Below are positions 46,913 to 49,994 of a stretch of 49,994 nt of DNA, in pieces. The notes under the pieces were generated by a model. That model was not told where the DNA came from. It was given only the letters and a program-made list of their open reading frames with translations, and did not search any database. Numbering within the stretch: position 1 is the stretch's first letter; every line of letters begins with the position of its first letter. Made by a program: the position numbers and the translations under genes. The stretch comes from Candidatus Omnitrophota bacterium (GTDB lineage Bacteria > Omnitrophota > Gorgyraeia > JABMQH01): the NCBI GenBank assembly GCA_013203355.1, contig JABMQH010000197.1:1-49994 (forward strand). The letters are read 5' to 3'.

Positions 46913-48424
46913 ATGACAAAAAAAATTACAATTTTTGATACAACATTGCGTGACGGCGAACAATCGCCCGGGGCAAGTCTTACATCGCAGGGCAAGCTGG
47001 AGATTGCTTATCAGCTTGCCAATTTAGGGGTTGATGCTATTGAAGCGGGATTTCCTGTTTCATCGCCGGGGGATTTTGAATCCGTAAGGATCATAGCCAA
47101 AAATGTAAAGGGACCGATAATCTGCGGATTGGCGCGCTGCATGAAAAAAGACATAGAGGCCGCGGGGAAATCATTAAAACCGGCAAAAAGGCCTCGGATA
47201 CATGTATTTTTGGCAACCTCGAAGATACACATGAAATATAAATTGAGAAAACTGGAGAATGAGATTATAAAGCTTGCGGTTGAGGGGGTAACATATGCCC
47301 GCAGGTTTGCGGATGACATCGAATTTTCACCGGAGGATGCCTCCAGAAGCGAGAGGGAGTTTTTGTACAGGGTTGTCGAAGAGGTGATAAGGGCTGGCGC
47401 AAAGACGGTAAACATACCGGATACGGTAGGGTATGCGGTTCCGGATGAATTCGGCCATTTGATTGGATCCATAAGGGGCAACGTACCGAATATTGACAAG
47501 GCAGTCATAAGCGTCCACTGTCATAATGACCTGGGTCTTGGCGTTGCAAACTCTTTAGCGGCCATAAAGAACGGTGCCGGTCAGGTTGAATGCACCATAA
47601 ATGGTATCGGAGAAAGGGCAGGGAATGCCTCACTGGAAGAGATTGTAATGGCACTTTGCGTAAGACAGGACATGTTGAATTTCAAGACAGGAATAGCCAG
47701 AAAAGAGATTTACAAAACGTCCAGGCTTGTTTCGAAATTAACAGGTATGCTCGTTCAGCCAAACAAGGCGATAGTAGGGCAGAATGCCTTCGCGCATGAG
47801 TCCGGGATCCACCAAGACGGCGTTTTGAAAAAGCGGATTACTTACGAGATCATGAAGCCGCAGGACGTTGGGTTCTCCGGTTCAAAGATCGTGCTTGGTA
47901 AACACTCAGGCCGCCATGCCTTTTCAGAAAGGTTGAAGGCCTTAGGATATAAACTGAATGAAAAAGACGTAAACAAGGCTTTTGCGAGATTCAAGATAGT
48001 AGCGGATAAGAAAAAAGAGGTATTTAACGAAGATCTGGCTACTATTGTTGAAGATGAGGTCATGGTTATCCCCGAGATTTACCATCTGGAAAATTTTAAG
48101 GTGACCAGCGGCACAAAGATTTTGCCTACCGCAACGGTTGAGCTTTCGAAAAGCAAAAAGATATTTAAAGCGACCTCAAGCGGAGACGGGCCAATTGATG
48201 CCTGCTATAAGGCGATTGATAAGATCGTCGGCTTAAGGGGGAGTTTGGCAGATTACGGCATTCGTTCGGTGACCAGCGGCAAGGATGCCCTTGGAGAGGT
48301 CAGCATCCGGGTAAAGATCAAAAAAAATGAGATATCGGGGCGAGGCGCATCAACCGATATTATTGAAGCGAGCATAAAGGCATACCTGAATGCCATAAAT
48401 AAGATCGCGGGAAAACGCAAGTGA
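46913..48424 (+). CDS. leuA: 2-isopropylmalate synthase
   Basis: Motifs FDTTLRDGEQ, HCHND, GERAGN, HESGIHQDG and LGKHSGRHA. Regulatory domain GDGPIDA. Confidence 0.95.
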   Translation: MTKKITIFDTTLRDGEQSPGASLTSQGKLEIAYQLANLGVDAIEAGFPVSSPGDFESVRIIAKNVKGPIICGLARCMKKDIEAAGKSLKPAKRPRIHVFLATSKIHMKYKLRKLENEIIKLAVEGVTYARRFADDIEFSPEDASRSEREFLYRVVEEVIRAGAKTVNIPDTVGYAVPDEFGHLIGSIRGNVPNIDKAVISVHCHNDLGLGVANSLAAIKNGAGQVECTINGIGERAGNASLEEIVMALCVRQDMLNFKTGIARKEIYKTSRLVSKLTGMLVQPNKAIVGQNAFAHESGIHQDGVLKKRITYEIMKPQDVGFSGSKIVLGKHSGRHAFSERLKALGYKLNEKDVNKAFARFKIVADKKKEVFNEDLATIVEDEVMVIPEIYHLENFKVTSGTKILPTATVELSKSKKIFKATSSGDGPIDACYKAIDKIVGLRGSLADYGIRSVTSGKDALGEVSIRVKIKKNEISGRGASTDIIEASIKAYLNAINKIAGKRK

Positions 48425-49272
48425 TGAGAATTGTAGGAGATACAAAAATATTCGGAGTGATTGGTTACCCGATCACACATAGTTTATCGCCGGCAATGCA
48501 TAATGCCGCGTTCAATCACATGAATATAGATGCGGCTTATGTTGCTATTGAAGTTAAGCCGGGAGGTTTAAAAGAAGCTATTGAAGCTGTCAGGGGCCTG
48601 GGGATTTCAGGCATAAACGTTACTATTCCTCACAAGGAAAATGTCAGAAGGCATCTTAGCAGTGTGGATAGAGAAGCAAAACTTATTGGTGCTGTCAATA
48701 CGATCGTAAATAAAAACGGATCGCTTCATGGCTATAACACGGATTGCTATGGTTTTATAAGATCCCTTAAAGAAGATTTAAAGCTCAACCCGAAAGGGAA
48801 GAATGTATTTATTATCGGAGCCGGTGGAGCGGCAAAGGCGGTAGCATACAGCCTTGCTCTAAACAAGGCCGGAAGGATAACCTTAACGGATGAAATAGAT
48901 GATAAGGCAGCTGAACTCGCCTGCGATATTGAGCTTAAAACCGGATGCGAATGTTTTGCTTTGCAAATGGGGTCGATAGCGGCATGGGACATTATCCTGA
49001 ACTCAGATCTTTTAATCAATGCCTCCCCTTGCGGCATGAGAGACAAAGATCCGGTTGTTGTTAATCCGGCACTCTTACATAAGGGGCTTCGTGTTTTTGA
49101 TTTAGTGTATAACCGGGATACAAAACTATTGAAGGCCTGCAGGAGGAAGGGGATCAACTCAACAGGCGGCCTCAATATGCTGCTGTATCAGGGAGCCAGG
49201 GCATTTGAGTTATGGACGGGCAAAAGACCGCCTGTAGGTGTGATGAAAAAGGCTTTGGGGAAGCTGAAATAA
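48421..49272 (+). CDS. aroE: Shikimate dehydrogenase
   Basis: Motifs HSLSP.MHN, NVTIPHK, AVNT, NTD, GAGGAA and GLNMLLYQG. Confidence 0.95.
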   Translation: MMRIVGDTKIFGVIGYPITHSLSPAMHNAAFNHMNIDAAYVAIEVKPGGLKEAIEAVRGLGISGINVTIPHKENVRRHLSSVDREAKLIGAVNTIVNKNGSLHGYNTDCYGFIRSLKEDLKLNPKGKNVFIIGAGGAAKAVAYSLALNKAGRITLTDEIDDKAAELACDIELKTGCECFALQMGSIAAWDIILNSDLLINASPCGMRDKDPVVVNPALLHKGLRVFDLVYNRDTKLLKACRRKGINSTGGLNMLLYQGARAFELWTGKRPPVGVMKKALGKLK

Positions 49273-49302
49273 AATAAGGTTTAAAGGAAATAAAAAATAA
49301 AA

Positions 49303-49994
49303 ATGGAACTAAAATTTCTTTTTTTTATATTTGGCCTTTTTATAGGCAGTTTTCTGAATGTATGCATATACAGGATGCCGAGGTCTGAATCGGTAGTCAG
49401 GCCGCGCTCTCATTGCGTGCATTGCAAAAAGATTGTTAAGTGGTATGAAAATATTCCATTGCTGAGTTATATATTTTTACGAGGCAAGTGCTCCTCATGC
49501 AAAAAACCCATATCTCCCAGGTATTTTGTGGTTGAGCTGTTGGCGGGGATTTTATTCGTGTCGTTCTACTCCAAGTTCGGCTTAGGGCTGGAGCTTCTCT
49601 TATTTTTAATAGTAGGTTGCGGATTAATAGTGGCCAGCTTTATTGACTTAGAGCATCAACTTATACCGGATACTGTGTCTTTAGGCGGCCTTGCGCTCGG
49701 ATTGCTTGCGAGTATATTTTATTCAGGCATATCTTTCCTTGATTCCTTATTGGGAGCGGTGGTTGGCGGCTTGAGCCTTTACTTAATAGGAGTAGTAGGG
49801 CAGGCGATATTTAAAAAAGAGGCGATGGGTTTCGGAGACGTGAAATTTTTAGCTATGCTGGGCTCCTTTCTGGGCTGGCAGAAGGTGTTGCTTATATTTT
49901 TCTTGGCTCCGTTTTTTGGAGCCGGGGTTGGAATTGTCGCAAAGTTTAAATATAAAATTGACACCATTCCATATGGACCATACTTGTCATTGGC
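49303..49994 (+). CDS. pilD: Prepilin peptidase (A24), truncated by the window end, not in the ORF track
   Basis: ATG 49303: MELKFLFFIFGLFIGSFLNVCIYRMPR..S...PRSHCVHC...W.ENIP..SY..LRGKCSSC, later IDLEHQLIPD and MGFGDVK. Confidence 0.93.
   Translation, partial: MELKFLFFIFGLFIGSFLNVCIYRMPRSESVVRPRSHCVHCKKIVKWYENIPLLSYIFLRGKCSSCKKPISPRYFVVELLAGILFVSFYSKFGLGLELLLFLIVGCGLIVASFIDLEHQLIPDTVSLGGLALGLLASIFYSGISFLDSLLGAVVGGLSLYLIGVVGQAIFKKEAMGFGDVKFLAMLGSFLGWQKVLLIFFLAPFFGAGVGIVAKFKYKIDTIPYGPYLSL

Noticed and set aside
652-49967. The many minus-strand ORFs and short nested plus-strand ORFs in the track
   Set aside because: They are antisense or off-frame shadows of well-supported genes and carry no recognisable motifs. 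Example: 4942-5241 simply mirrors the Gly/Pro repeat.

Overview
A gene-dense, essentially single-stranded (+) chromosomal window from a moderately AT-rich diderm bacterium. It has TolC, Lol, Mla and prepilin peptidase genes plus McsA/McsB/ClpC without CtsR. This content suggests a PVC-group organism such as Ca. Omnitrophota, which is inference only. The first ~10.6 kb is accessory-like: FHA protein fragment, orphan Acr3, an unannotated 45-aa basic ORF, GYD protein, beta-CASP nuclease, GT2, DUF5661-like protein, a secreted Gly/Pro/Lys repeat protein, and a MarR-TolC-RND operon with no adaptor. The rest is mostly housekeeping: lysS-lolC/E-lolD-ilvE-mcsA-mcsB-clpC, an AsmA/TamB-like gene with mlaEFD, yacL-ispD-ispF-cysE-cysS-tmk-holB-yaaT-metG, tatD/radical SAM, CPBP, DUF362, a CDP-alcohol transferase, mtnA, an AT-rich GT-A gene, thiL-tsaE-tsaB-alr, ilvD-ilvB-ilvN-ilvC-leuA-aroE and a partial pilD. 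I found no tRNA, rRNA, CRISPR array or transposase, and no clear-cut novel defence or mobile system. The best leads are an AsmA/TamB-like protein coupled to a minimal Mla system, a two-state hairpin over the ispD start, the charge-blocked secreted repeat protein, a KARI with an NADH-type loop, and a membrane-anchored CysE. All family calls come from motif recognition by eye, not database searches.
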